From Ranitomeya imitator (lineage: Eukaryota), in contig NC_091283.1 of NCBI RefSeq assembly GCF_032444005.1, positions 539,338,001 to 539,402,000 of the forward strand: a stretch of DNA of 64,000 bases, written 5' to 3'. The translations under genes and the position numbers were made by a program. The notes below the pieces were generated by a model, which was given only the letters and a program-made list of their open reading frames with translations, made no database searches and was not told where the DNA came from. Each line of letters opens with the position of its first letter. Positions within the stretch are counted from its first letter, which is position 1. This document shows, piece after piece, positions 23,037-35,800 of the stretch.

Positions 23037-23437
23037 GGTTGCCAGCTTACGTATTGAGGCCCCAATACAAACTAATACCTTGCATACATTGATATGTTGT
23101 TTTTTTTGCACTTTATCTTGCAGGGTGCGGGTGGACCAAGATGGTTCTGTAAACTGTTGGCCTCTGTTCACATAGCATGCATTAGGTGGCACTGGGCGGC
23201 CCGCATATATCTGCGTCAGTAATAGGCCGTAAACCAGATGCCTTGCATTGCTTGTGTGAATATTGCCATATACAGACTTATTTTTTTGTGCACTAATGCA
23301 AAACAGCCAACACGGGATTGACCCTGGCTGTTTCATCGGCATTTTTTGCACCTGTGTATTTGCCATCATTGATCGTGTCCGCCGCACCCTGCTAGTGCAT
23401 TGAGTTGGAGGCCTCAGCAGGTAATGAGCATTAGGCC

Positions 23438-23930
23438 CAGCCACAAAGGTAGAGGAAAATTATTCTTTAGGCACACTACTCGTACAGACACAGCTGCAGA
23501 GTACACAGATGCTTTTGGCCACAGTGCCCCCACAGAAGCTAATAATAAATTTCACCCATAGAGCCTGTTTCAACATTTCCACACAGAGGTTGATAACCAA
23601 TTTCACCCTCAGAGCTTTTGTTCCACATTTTTCTGAAAAAGCAGATTAAAAATTTCACACCCAGTCGGTCACAGTATCCCCACAGGCAGGGTTGCAGTGT
23701 ACAAAAAGCAGCTTAAAAGCACAGATATGGGTTGAAGATTTCACACAGTGGCTTTTGGGACAGTACTATCACAGCCATGGTTGCATAAGAGTAAAAAAGT
23801 ATGTCTAGATGCACATCACTCCAATGACACAGTTAAAGTTTATAAGAACTTTTGGTTTTGCACGGTACTATCACAGACACAAATGCAGAATACACATAAA
23901 GAATGTTTTTTTTAAAACTGCGCATACACA
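23438..23930. repeat. DNA-transposon subterminal repeat block
   Basis: Shares motifs with 11823-12070 and 53080-53400. Confidence 0.5.
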
Positions 23931-23948
23931 AAATCTAATACTGTCCTT

Positions 23949-24195
23949 TAGCACTCCAGCAGTGGGGTACTGGGTTTGAATCCAGCCAAGGACAATATGT
24001 GCAAGGAGTTTTTATTTTCTCCCCTTGTTTGTGTGGGTTTTCACCAGGTAATCCGGATTCCACCCACATTCCAATGACATTCTGATAGGGAAATTAGATT
24101 GTGAACCCCAATAGGGACAGTGCTGATGCCTGTTAAACGCTGTAGAATTAATGACACTGTATAAATGATTAAAATAAATTAACAAAATAAATAAA
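23949..24195 (+). mobile_element. tRNA-derived SINE, V-SINE-like
   Basis: B-box-like GGTTTGAATCC (23973); V-domain-like CTCCCCTTGTTTGTGTGGGTTT...CCACCCACA; LINE-like tail ending in AATAA repeats. Confidence 0.75.
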
Positions 24196-24339
24196 GAGTC
24201 AAGGGAGGAGAAATCTGACACTGTTTTTGGCCTTTTTGTTAGTATTTCTTGTAGGTTTTTTTGGCATTTTTTTTTCAATCTTTTTCTTTTTGTCTTATGG
24301 AACGCACATAAAACAAACATATAATTTACAAAACTAAAA

Positions 24340-25024
24340 CTATATATCTACTGTATAACCAAGGGGGGTAAGTCCAATGGAGGTTGAGGTGGACATGGTG
24401 ATATATGTGCAAGTGTCAATGAAGGAGTAATCCAACACTGTTTGTTTTCAGACTTTATAATTTTCTTTTTTTTTTTTTCTGGAACTGATTTAAAACAACC
24501 TACAATTTACAAAACAAATCTAGCTATCTAGAATCATGATATGTAGTTCCAAGTGGACGAAGAGGTGGATGTGTTGGTATGGGTTTTAATACTATGGGCA
24601 ACTCGGCGATCATGTGTGCCAGGCTGCCCAAAGACAATGACAAGCTGTATTCGGTAGGAGGTATATCGTCAGTGTACTCGGTATCCTCCAGCCATGCTCC
24701 AGTGATGGCTGTGAGCTGATCTGTGTGCCACCCTCCTGTGAACACCATTGTTTCTCCTCCCTCGCCTCCTCGTCCTTATCATCATCCTCCCAAATCATCC
24801 CCTGACTGTACAGTTGGGTACCTGGCTGATGTTGGGACAGTAACCCACCCTCCGAGCCATGTGTGGACGACAGGCCTGATAACGGTGTGAATTGGCTCCG
24901 CTCCTGCTCTTCCTCCTGTGCCACTATTTCATCCATTATGGTCTGATTTGATTTTTCCAGCAGACATATAACTGGTATAGTAACGCTGATGATGGCGTCA
25001 TCAGCACTTGTCATATTGGTGGAA
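24340..25024 (-). pseudogene. hAT transposase fragment
   Basis: SADDAIISVTIPVICLL is homologous to 7562-7620 (SDDAIINITIPLLCVI), followed by the same acidic stretch. Confidence 0.75.
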
Positions 25025-26817
25025 GCAAACTCCAAGTCCATCAAATTCAGGGCAGCGCCTGAATCCACAAATGCCATTACAGAATAGGACGACAGAGAGC
25101 AAATCAGAGTAATGGACAAAAGAAATTTAGACTGTACCGTACCAATGATGGCAGACCTAGCGAACCGCTTAGTGCGCTTAGGACAATCGGAGATAGCATG
25201 AGTGGATTCACCACAGTAAAAACACAGCCCGTTCCGACGTCTGTGTTCTTGCCGTTCAGCTCTGGTCAAAGTCCTATCACACTGCATAGGCTTAGGCCTA
25301 TGCTCAGAGAATGCCGCCAGATGGTGCACCGCTTTGCGCTCACGCATGCGCCGATTGATCTGAATGGCCAAAGACATAGAGTCATTCAGACCAGCAGGCG
25401 TGGGAAATTTCTGAAAATTGCCACCAGGGCACATTCATTCCACTAAGTAAGCACAGACCACTTTCTAAACTTCTGACAGAACACCTCCGCTTCATCCTGA
25501 CCCTGACACAAAGCCAGCAAGATTTTCTCTGCCTGATCCACTGAATTTGGTTCATCATAAAGCAATCCAAGCGCCAGAAAAAACGCATCAACATCACACA
25601 ATGCAGGATCTCCTGGCGCAAGGGAAAATGCCCAGTCTTGAGGGTCACCACGCAACAAAGAAATAATGATTTTTACCTGTTGAACGGGGTCACCAGAGGA
25701 GCGGGGTTTCAAAGCTAGAAACAGTTTACAATTATTTTTGAAATTCAAGAACCTAGATCTATCCCCAGAAAATAAGTCAGGAATAGGAATTCTAGGCTCT
25801 AACATAGGATTCTGAACCACAAAATCTTGAATGTTTTGTACCCTTGCAGTGAGATGATCCACACAAGAGGACAGACCTTGAATGTCCATAGCTACACCTG
25901 TGTCCTGAACCACCCAAAGCTCTAGGGGAAAAGAAAGACAAAACACAGTGCAAAGAAAAAAAAATGGTCTCAGAAGTTCTCTTATCCCTCTATTGAGATG
26001 CATTAATACTTTGGGCCAGCTGTACTGTTATGACCTGGTGGTTAGGAGCACCCGGAATGACCTGATAGTTAAACCTCATACAGGACGAGCTCTGGGATGT
26101 GGGAGCTCTGCTGACCGCAAGCCCTAATCCTATCACACACACTAAAAATAGCCATGGAGCGCTCCTGACCAGACATAGGCGCCTCGTCACAGCCTAAGAA
26201 CTATCTAGCCCTAGAGATAGAAAATAAAGCCTACCTTGCCTCAGAGAAATTCCCCAAAGGTAAAGGAAGCCCCCCACATATATTGACTGTGAGTAAAGAT
26301 GAAAGTCACAAACGCAGAAATGAAACAGGTTTCAGCAAAGGGAGGCCAGACTTACTAAATAGACAGAGGATAGGAAAGGTAACTTTGCGATCAGCACAAA
26401 AACCTACAAAAGACCACGCAGAGTGTGCAAAAAGGACCTCCGCACCGACTCACGGTGCGGAGGGGCCACTCTGCATCCCAGAGCTTCCAGCTAGCAAGAC
26501 AAAATCATGATAACCAGCTGGACAAGAAAACAGTGAACAAATAATGACTATCAGGAACTTAGCTTCTGCAGGAGAAGGCAGGTCACCAGAGAGATCCAGG
26601 AGCGAACTGAAGCAATGCAAAAACATTGACAGCTGGCATGGAGTAACGATTTGAGGGAAGTTAAATACAGCAAACCAAAGGATAAACCATGTCACCTGTG
26701 TAAGGAATCTCAGAAGCAGCAGCTTCACTCATAGCCACCAGAGGGAGCCCAAAGACAGAACTCGCCGAAGTACCATTCACGACCACAGGAGGGAGCTCGA
26801 CAACAGAATTCAGAACA
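25025..26817 (-). mobile_element. 5' half of a Tf1/sushi-type element (LTR, gag, protease start)
   Basis: LTR 26026-26817; PBS-type site ACAGCTGGC; gag ORF 25443-26003; zinc knuckle and AFVDSGA; truncated at 25025. Confidence 0.92.
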
Positions 26818-27374
26818 CCAGGGGACCCGATTGGTTCTGCTCTCGGGTTGTCTCATTTGAAAACCACCCCCTCGGGGCTCACCTCCAGAGACGTGCCTAT
26901 GGGTGTTGGAAGCGGGTCTGTTGGTGGTGGTATCAGTCGCTGGAGTAAGGTCAGTAACTGTGGGAAAAACGGTCGCTGGAGCGGGATCGGTCGCCAGAGC
27001 AGGGTCATTTTCTGTACCTGCGTCTGATGTGGTTCAACCGATGCCAGTCCGCTCCGCTAATGAGGCTGCTGGAGGCGGCTGCTGCATGGACTGTGACTTT
27101 TCCAGCGCAAACTTCTTGCACAGGGTCGACTTCCATTTCCTCACTGCGGTCAGCTCTGTGTTCAGGAGTTGGCAGCTCAGCTCCTCCGCTTGCGTCCCCA
27201 GGGAGTTCGGATCCTCCGGCAGCGGCAGGTCTGGGTACTTCACCGTTAGCCTGGGATAATCCCGGATCCCTTAGTCGTCCTTCGGGTACCCGCTGGTCGC
27301 CATCTCTTCTACTGGGTCTGCGGCCACACACGCACTAAGATAAGCCCCCTGCACATGTGATAGCCGTGTGTTGG

Positions 27375-30300
27375 CAGCTGACAGTACGGGCTGCCTGGTG
27401 ACCAATGGGCACGATACCTGACCCCAGGGCTGAGAGGCAAAGCTCTGGAGGCGTTTACTGCCCTCTCTCAAGAACAAGATGGTGACTATGAGGCCATCAA
27501 GCAGGCCCTGATAACAAAGTACCAGCTTACACTTGAGGTTTACCGTAGAAAGTTCCGGAACCTCCAACATGGCCCACATGACAGCTACGGCGATGTGGTG
27601 CATGGACTCAGGACCCACTTTAACCAGTGGATCCAAGGACTGTCAGTGACCACCTTTGAGCAGCTGGGAGACCTGATGATCAAAGACCAGTTCTTACATC
27701 TTTGCCCAGCTGAGGTGCGACAGTTCGTGATTGACAGAGGACTCAAAGACGTGACGAAAGCAACACAGATTGCCGATGTCTATGAGGCCAAACATAGATC
27801 GGAAGTGCGGAAGCCAGTCACCACCAACTGGAGAGGGGGTAAACCTGCAACCAACGCCAGTACCCCTGTCAGCCAACACACCAGAGGTCCTGTCCCCGTG
27901 GCCAACAGCACCAGACCTACCACCAAACCTCGCCAGTGTTTCTTCTGCAAGCAGACTGGCCATATCATTCCCTACTGTCCAGACAAGCAGAAGAACCCCC
28001 CATCCAAGGCCCCAGGGCCTAACGCAGCAATTCTTTTGGTGGGTGGGGTGGCTGGGAGAGTGTGTGACAATGTGCAGCATGTCACTGTCGGGGGCCATGT
28101 CGCTACAGGCCTCAAGGACACCGGGGCTGAACGGACCCTCATCCGACCCGAACTGGCAGCCCCTGAAGAGATCATTCTGGGGAAAACATTGACTGTCACG
28201 GGGATTGGGGACATCAGCCGTCCCTTGCCAATGGCCCGGGTTTATATTGATTGGGGTGCCGGAAGCGGGGTGAAGGAAGTGGGGCTGTCTGATAATTTGC
28301 CCACTGATGTTTTGTTGGGGACTGATTTGGGGAGGATGGTTGCATACTACGTCCCTGACACCCCTCTCCAATCTGCTAATAAGGGTAACGTTCACCCTGA
28401 GGATGATAATGATGATGATGATGGGAGATCGCATGTGTTACCTGACCATGCTTTATGCAGTAATGATGCATAACCATTTTTTCCCTAGGATTGATGACAA
28501 TAATGTTGTAAATGTGCCAACTGAACCTGATAACTATTTTTATGCAAAGGTTGATGTGTCCATAGGTACAGGAATGCTCAGCCCCGTTGCTCTGCAGAGT
28601 GAGACGACTGAGGAACCCCTAGCAGGGGCAAGTGTCGGTGCTACAGGAAATGGGGAGATGCATGGGAACTGTGAGGAAGGTGATGCCATGCAATTGACCA
28701 GTGCCAACTGGCCCATAAGTAGCACTGCTCCTGAGGTAATGGGGGTGGATGGGGAGGTAGAGCCCATAGCAGCGCCGGGTGATGGGTCTGCGGAAATCCC
28801 CGGGGAGGCAGACTACGTAGCTGCTGTCACCCGCAGTCAGAGTGCCCAGAATGCAGATAACTGTCTGCCTTCCAGACCCTCCTCAGTCATCGCTGTGACT
28901 GAACCAGAGATGGACCCAGAGCAGGTCCCAGAGGGTTCCCATGGGGAATGGACCCTGACGTCGCTTCTGGCTTCCCCTAGCCAGGAGTTTCAGGCCACGC
29001 TGCGCGCAGATGCGAGCCTAGAGAATTTGAGACAACTCACCGAGATGCCCACCTCCGTGACTGATAAGGAGAGGGTGTTCTGGGAACGTACAGTACCCAG
29101 AAAATCGCAAAAGGAGTGGTTGAGGGAGAGACAGCTGGTTGTCCCACAGCCATTCCGGAGTGAGTTGTTGCGGATTGCCCATGAGATCCCGCTCGCTGGA
29201 CACTTGGGGATCAGCAAAACTAAGGCCCGGCTGTCTCAACACTTCTATTGGCCTAAGATGGGGACAGATGTGTCAAACTACTGCCGCTCCTGTGTCACCT
29301 GTCAAAGAGTGGGGAAGTCGGGGCCTGCTCTTAAGGCTCCCCTGATCCCTTTGCCAGTGATAGAGGAAGCTTTTCAAGAGTATTGCTGTGGACATTGTGA
29401 GCCCGCTGGCTGTCCCCAGCAGCTCTGGGAAGCAACACATCCTTACTGTGGTAGACTACGCTACCCGGTACCCATAGGCAGTAGCTCTGTCGTCAACTAG
29501 GGCAGATAAGGTGGCGGATGCCCTGTTGGCTATCTTTTCACATGTAGGATTTCCCAGGGAGATGCTTACTGATCAAGGGACCCAATTCATGTGTCGCCTA
29601 ATGCAGGCTCTCTGTGAGAGAATGCAGTTGAAGCACCTGACATCGAGTGCGTATCACCCACAGACCAATGGCTTGTGTGAACGCTTCAATGGTACCCTCA
29701 AACAGATGCTATGCATGCTGGTTGAGACCCAAGGGCGCGACTGGGAGTGGTACCTCCCACACCTGCTATTCGCTTACCGAGAGTATCCGCAGGCCTCGAC
29801 GGGGTTCTCCCCCTTCGAGCTCCTGTACGGCCGGCGAGTCCGGGGACCCCTTGGTTTGGTAAGGGAATTCTGGGAAGAGGAGCCGAACCCTTCTGAAGTG
29901 TCCATAGTGGATTATGTCATGCGCTTCCGTGACAAGATGCAGACTCAGTTGGTGTATGACAACATGATGCAGGCTCAGGCTGACCAGAAGCACTGGTACA
30001 ACCAGAACGCCCGGAAGCGGACCTACCACGTGGGTCAAAAGGTGTGGGTGCTGGTCCCCGCACCAAAGGATGAGCTTCAGGCAGCCTGGGAAGGCCCATA
30101 CGTCATCCACCTACAGCTCAACCCGGTCACCTATGTGGCCCTGCTTGACCACGCTCGGGGTAGGCGAAAGGCCTTTCATGTCAACATGATGAAGGCTCAT
30201 CATGAACGTGAACTTTTCATCCTACCAGTCTTCAGCCTGCCTGAAGATGGGTAGGAAGATACCCTCCTGGACATGCTGGCCCAAGCCAAGGCCGGTGGGT

Positions 30301-31767
30301 CCATCGAGGACGTAGAGGTAAGCGCCTCACTAACCGAACCCCAGCGGTCGCAGTTGTGGACCAAGCTGGAACCCTTCCGGGCCGTGTTCTCCAACCAACC
30401 TGGAAGGACTGAGTTAGCAGTCCATGAGGTGGACACTGGAAATTATGCCCCACTACGGCGAACACCCTATCCAATCTCCAACCAGGTGCAGCAGGTTATG
30501 CGCCAGTAGATCGATGAGATTTTATAGCTGGGGGTGATTCGACGATCAACGAGTGCGTGGGCCTCACCTTTAGTTCTCGTGCCAAAGAAGGATCGGATCA
30601 CCAGGTTTTGCGTGGACTACAGGGGCTCAACGCCATCACAGCCTCTGACGCGCACCCAATGCCGCGGATCGAGGAGCTACTTGAGAGGTTAGCTAGCGCA
30701 AACTACCTGACCATAATGGATCTGAGTCGAGGATAATGGCAGATTCCCCAGAGCCCCGAGGTGCAGAAGAAGTCCGCCTTAATCACACCCTTCGGACTGT
30801 ACGAGTCCACGGTCATGCCCTTCGGCATGAAGAATCCCCCTGCCACTTTCCAGCGGATGGTCAACCTCCTGCTTCAGGGACTGGAGGAGTATGCGGTGGC
30901 GTACTTGGATGACATTGCCATTTTCAGTTCCTCCTGGGATGAACACCTGCAGCATCTCGAGGAGGTGCTCAGGCGAATTCACTGAGCCGGACTGACTATG
31001 AAGCCCGGAAAGTGCTAGATGGGCATGAGTGAGGTCCACTACCTGGGGCACGAGGTAGGCGGGGGCACCCTAAAGCCAGAACCTGAGAAAGTGGGAGCGA
31101 TTGTGAACTGTCCCACACCCAGGACCAAGAAACAGGTGATGTCCTTCCTGGGCACCGCAGGGTACTATAGGCGCTTCGTACAGCACTATAGTAGCCTGGC
31201 AAAACCCTTGACGGGCCTCACCAGGAAGAAGCTACCCCACATCGTCAATTGGACCGACGGCTGTGAGGGGGCCTTCCAGGCGTTGAAAACAGCACTGTGC
31301 AACGCCCCTGTGTTGAAAGCAGTTGACAGCAGTCAACCGTTTTTGGTGCAGACCGACGCCAGCAAGTTTGGCCTTGTGCTGTGCTCACGACCAAGAGCAC
31401 CCTGTGTTGTACCTGAGCCGGAAACTTCTGCCGAGAGAAGAGGCCTACTCCACCATCGAGAAGGAGTGCCTGGCCATAGTCTGGGCCCTGCAGCGCTTGC
31501 AGCCTTACTTGTACGGCCGCACCTTCACTGTGGTGACCGGCCACAACCCTCTGCACTGGCTAAACGCCATGTGTGAATCCAATGGAAGGTTGCTATGCTG
31601 GAGCCTTGCCCTTCAGCAGTTTGACTTCACCATTGAACACAAAATGGGCAGGGAGCATGGCAATGCAGATGGACTGTCCCGCCAGGATGAACCTACTGAG
31701 GTGCGCATGGAGGCATACCAAGGGGTTCTGCCTCCGTAGCGCAGACCAAAAGGGGGAGGTGTCACGA
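27375..31767 (+). mobile_element. Gmr1-like Ty3/Gypsy element (gag/SCAN-like, PR, IN, RT, RH), decayed
   Basis: QWIQG...LMIKDQFL; CFFCKQTGHIIPYC; LKDTGAERTLI; HEIPLAGHLG...CRSCVTC; TDQGTQF...ERFNGTLK; then MPFGMKNPPATFQR, AYLDDI, AYSTIEKECLAIVWAL. PPT AAAAGGGGGAGG, then TGTCACGA at 31760. Confidence 0.93.
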
Positions 31768-31949
31768 TAACACATAAAATGTAATATGATTATTAGTTTT
31801 CTCTGTTAGCACACCGTGGGCTCTGACCCCCTTCTCTCTGTGTTTCTGCTTGCTGAGATGTGTGTGTGTATAGATCCCGGGACTTTGCTCTTCAAACACA
31901 GTATTATATTGCTTTTTTCTTTTGTATTTTTTATACATTATACTTTTTT

Positions 31950-33050
31950 CATATTATAATAAACAATGAATAAGAATATAATACAATAGCTCTGTCTCTC
32001 CTTTGCTTACTATCGCTATTCCTCAAGGTTTCTAAGTCTAACCACCATTTCTTGGTTTGGTGTGTATGTTGTATGATGTATTGATTGTGTGTACGTGCAC
32101 CTTTCTTTTACCAGCGTGCTTACTTTCATCTTTAGCGCACCCCTCTCCACCAATTGGGTTTTCTAATGCGTACGCACGCGCTGTGTTCTTGCTGTGCTGC
32201 ATTATCTCTGGCCCCATTGCACCTGTGCGCGTATGTGCGATCTGTTTTCTTCATGAATGCGCTATGTGGCTCGCACTTTCTGCGCATGCGCGTGTTCGCA
32301 GCACATTTCTGCTGCTTTGTCTCAGTCTGGAGCAGGTCCAAGATGGCTGCGTCCCTGCATCTCTCTGTGCACCTGATTGGTATAAGACTTTTGAACAGGT
32401 GCTTGCCCTCTAAAAATCACTGTGAGTACGTATATATACTTTCTGGGAATCCAGCACAGTATGCTATTTCTCCCTGAGGAAGCCGCCTGTTTTGCGGCGA
32501 TACGCGTGGGATCCTATCCCGCACCTGTTCTTTCCCCACCCTCTGCTCATGCTGGCTCCGTCTCCAATATCTGGACTCTGGGTATCTGGGTTTATTTATC
32601 CTTAGATTCTGGCATGATTTATTTCTGCTGTCTTCATCTGCTTTCCTATCGTTCATTGTGCATTGCATTTTCCTTATAAGGATGTTATTTAACATATTTC
32701 TGCACCCATACGGTACTGTGACATCAGTTTAGGCATATAGATTTTCCATCCGCACACTGTGTCTGGATATATGCATATTGAGATCTGTATGGTACATTAC
32801 TTAGGAGCCAGTCTTTGTATTTCCACATATTTTGCAAGTTTGCGTTTTTTGCACATCATTTGCATATTGTTTTCTGTGTGAAAAATAAGGGGGGGAGAGG
32901 GACTCTGGGTGCTAGTCATCATTGCCCCTATACTAGGGTATGGTTTCTTGTATAGGTATCTGTTTGTATTTTAGTGTTTTTAACTGTAGTTTGTGCTGTG
33001 TATTCCCACCAATAAAGCTTTTGTGACTTTTATATTATCTGAGGTGTTCC
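31950..33050 (+). repeat. Penelope-like terminal repeat (pLTR) fragment
   Basis: T-rich tail with a GTGAGT donor-like site and a hammerhead-like motif; no coding part. Confidence 0.5.
32471..32511 (+). ncRNA. Hammerhead-like motif, non-canonical
   Basis: TCC-CTGAGGA-A-GCCGC/GCGGC-GATA-CGCG-T-G-GGA; GATA replaces GAAA and G sits at the cleavage position. Confidence 0.45.
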
Positions 33051-33099
33051 CAGTATATGGGCATGATCTTTTTTCCATGTGTTTTTATGGATCCCAAAT

Positions 33100-33745
33100 C
33101 CCTCATTCTCTCCCACCAAAAGAATTTTTACGACCTCTGTAGCTGCAATAGACAATTGTACCAGCTAAAACTGGTCTGATATGTCTTTAAAGACAGGAGG
33201 TTCTTTGTTCTAATATAGTAAGATATTGGGCCACCGATTTGGGCTAGGAAAATAATAAGTACATATTGCTAACGTCCATCGGTAGATCTGCCAAACACTG
33301 TAAGCGCAAGCCTCTAATCCCAATGGGTACAAAGTACGGATTTCTCTGGAACCGTGTGTCCCAACTAGCCCGAATTTGGTACCAAAAGAAAGCCAGTTTT
33401 AATACAAGATGGATGAGGTGTGTGTTATGATTCCGACACATTCTCCAGCGAAGATAGGAGAATTGTAAGAATTGCTATTAAAAGTTGTAGTCTGAGGAAA
33501 GCGGAGGGTCCAGGGAAACCAGCCTTTTTAGTGATGTCACAGCCAACCAGGTATAAGTCTCTGCACTTCACCCACCCTTCAGTTTTTGCCTGGGATCTCA
33601 CTATAGACAGACTATCTCATGAATTGGGATATTTGACTCCACCTACCAGCATGGTTTTGCCTGAGATGATCTGAGCACATGTGAGTTTAATGTTTCTTCT
33701 TTAATCGATGTTTCTTCTTTAATGGGCCATGGAACCTCAGCCAGC
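33100..33745 (-). pseudogene. L1 ORF2 C-terminal remnant
   Basis: Frameshifted CWR/CRNHNTHLIHL...FFWYQI cysteine-rich motif; probably continues beyond the solo LTR to ~34800. Confidence 0.5.
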
Positions 33746-33751
33746 GGAGTC

Positions 33752-34571
33752 TGTTGTGAATTCTGTGGTCAAGCTCCCTCCTGTGGTCATGAGTGGTAGT
33801 TCGGCTGGTTCTGTCTATGAGCTTCCTCTGGTGGATGTGAGTGGGGCTGCGGCTTCTGAGTTCCCTTCCTCAGGTGACGAGGTTAAGTTGTTAGGTGCTG
33901 CTCTATTTAACTCCACCTAGTTCTTTGTTCCTGGCATCCAGTCAATGTTCCAGTATTGGTCTTGCTCTTTCCTGGATCGTCTTGTGGCCTGTCTGCCCTG
34001 CATAAGCTAAGTTCTGCTTGTGTTACTTTTGTTTGCTATTTTTTCTGTCCAGCTTGCTATATTGGTTTTTCTTGCTTGCTGGAAGCTCTGGGACGCAGAG
34101 GGAGCACCTCCGTGCCGTTAGTCGGTACGGAGGGTCTTTTTGCGCCCTCTGCGTGGTTGTTTGTAGGTTTTTGTGCTGACCGCAAAGCTATCTTTACTAT
34201 CCTCGGTCTATTCAGTAAGTCGGGCCTCACTTTGCTTAAACCTATTTCATCTCTGTGTTTGTATTTTCATCTTCACTCACAGTCATTATATGTGGGGGGC
34301 TGCCTTTTCCTTTGGGGAATTTCTCTGAGGCAAGGTAGGCTTATTTTTCTATCTTCAGGGCTAGCTAGTTTCTCAGGCTGTGCCCGAGGCGCCTAGGTCT
34401 GGTCAGGAGCGCTCCACGGCTACCTTTAGTGTGGTGTGATAGGATTAGGGATTGCGGTCAGCAGAGTTCCCACGTCTCAGAGCTCGTCCTATGTTATTAG
34501 TAACTATCAGGTCACTTTGTGAGCTCTTAACCACCAGGTCCATTGTGTCTCTGAATCACCAGTTCATAACA
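33752..34571 (+). mobile_element. Solo LTR, Tf1/sushi-type (820 bp)
   Basis: TGTTGTG...CATAACA; GGAGTC duplicated at 33746-33751 and 34572-34577. Confidence 0.95.
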
Positions 34572-35344
34572 GGAGTCATCAAAAAGCAGAAGAGACTTCC
34601 GCATGACTTAGGGCTCAGACTCTTGCTGATTTGCAAGGGGGTGAGGTGTAAGCCGGATGGCCATGGTCCTCAGGTGCAAACTTTGCACTTTCTGCAGTGG
34701 ACTGGGTGGAAGAAAATGCAAAGTAACTCAAGCCACTCTCATCTATCTAGTATAACACCTTATCAACATCTTGTGACTTCACCATTCGTAGAGCGCTATT
34801 CAGGCCTATGAAAGAATGCATAACGTCCTGTTGCCTGCATGCACCAGAGGAAGGAATTGTATTTGGGCACATAGCAGGTACAGACCACATCCTCTCCCTG
34901 CATCAGCTACACCACCATCAGCAGCTACACGAGCACCATCATGGCCACATCCACCTCTCCTTTTTGATGCTCTCCTCAATTTTGGAAGTGGTTTTTCTAA
35001 ACACCACTTGGAAAGAGATGGCTGATGAGTATATTTATTTAATTGCAACAATACTAGAAAACAAACATCAGACCAGATAAATAATATTAGACCAGATAAA
35101 TATTTTTTTTGGTCTAGAGATGGCAACTAGTCAGCTGAAAGCAATGATTTATTTCACAGACTTGTAAAAAACAAATTGTGAGCTTTCAAGACTGCATCAG
35201 TCACAGAATTACACAAATCTGAAGAGTCACTTATTTATGCACAAGAGAACACAGAAATAATGCAATAGATAAGACAAGTGACGTGATGCAAAACTATCAT
35301 TATGCGAGAGGGATAAATAGTTGTCACCGTAAATATTGAAACAG

Positions 35345-35650
35345 TTCATAGATAAGAACTATTCCAATATTTACGGTCACAAGTGTTTACCCCTCTCCCA
35401 TAATGATAGTTCTGCTTCACTGTCACTTATCTTATCTATTGCATTATTTCTGTATGCTCTTGTGCATAAATATGTGACTCAGATTTTGTGTCATTCTATG
35501 CCTGACCTGATGAAGAGACCTGAGTAGTCTTGAAAGCCTGCAATTTGTTACCATCTTTTCAGTTAGCGATTAAAAGGCATCAACCACTGAGGACTCTCAA
35601 ATCTTTTTTCTATCAACTGGATAACACAGTACAAAGATATATATCTTTCC
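35345..35650 (+). mobile_element. PLE 3' terminal fragment with degenerate hammerhead (core at 35507)
   Basis: Homologous to 54495-54755; CTGATGAAGAGACCTGAGTAGTCTTGAAAGCC. Confidence 0.7.
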
Positions 35651-35800
35651 TGTAGTAAAAAACAGACACCAGTCCAGATAAAATTATTTTTTCGCATAGA
35701 AATGACAGCTAGATGGCTGATGACAATTATTTATTTCACAGACTAATAAAAAACAGACACCAGTCCAGAAAAAATAGTTTTTGGGCCTTGAAATGGCAAC

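Larger units (their letters stand above)
19257..23085 (+). ncRNA. Second HDV-like fold, split by the LTR element
   Basis: P1 (CTGGCAA), P2, P3 and L3 at 19257-19290; P1' end, P4, CTAA and P2' at 23043-23085. Confidence 0.55.
16088..23421. mobile_element. Inverted multimer of a ~516-519-bp unit between 16-bp direct repeats
   Basis: Left arm 16088-16589 plus 18643-18757. Right arm inverted, 18758-19290 plus 23043-23421. TAATG(C/A)GCATTAGGCC at 16072-16087 and 23422-23437. Interrupted by a Helitron and an LTR element. Confidence 0.8.

Noticed and set aside
23949-24010. tRNA gene
   Set aside because: Only a B-box-like motif, followed by SINE body and tail; no cloverleaf.
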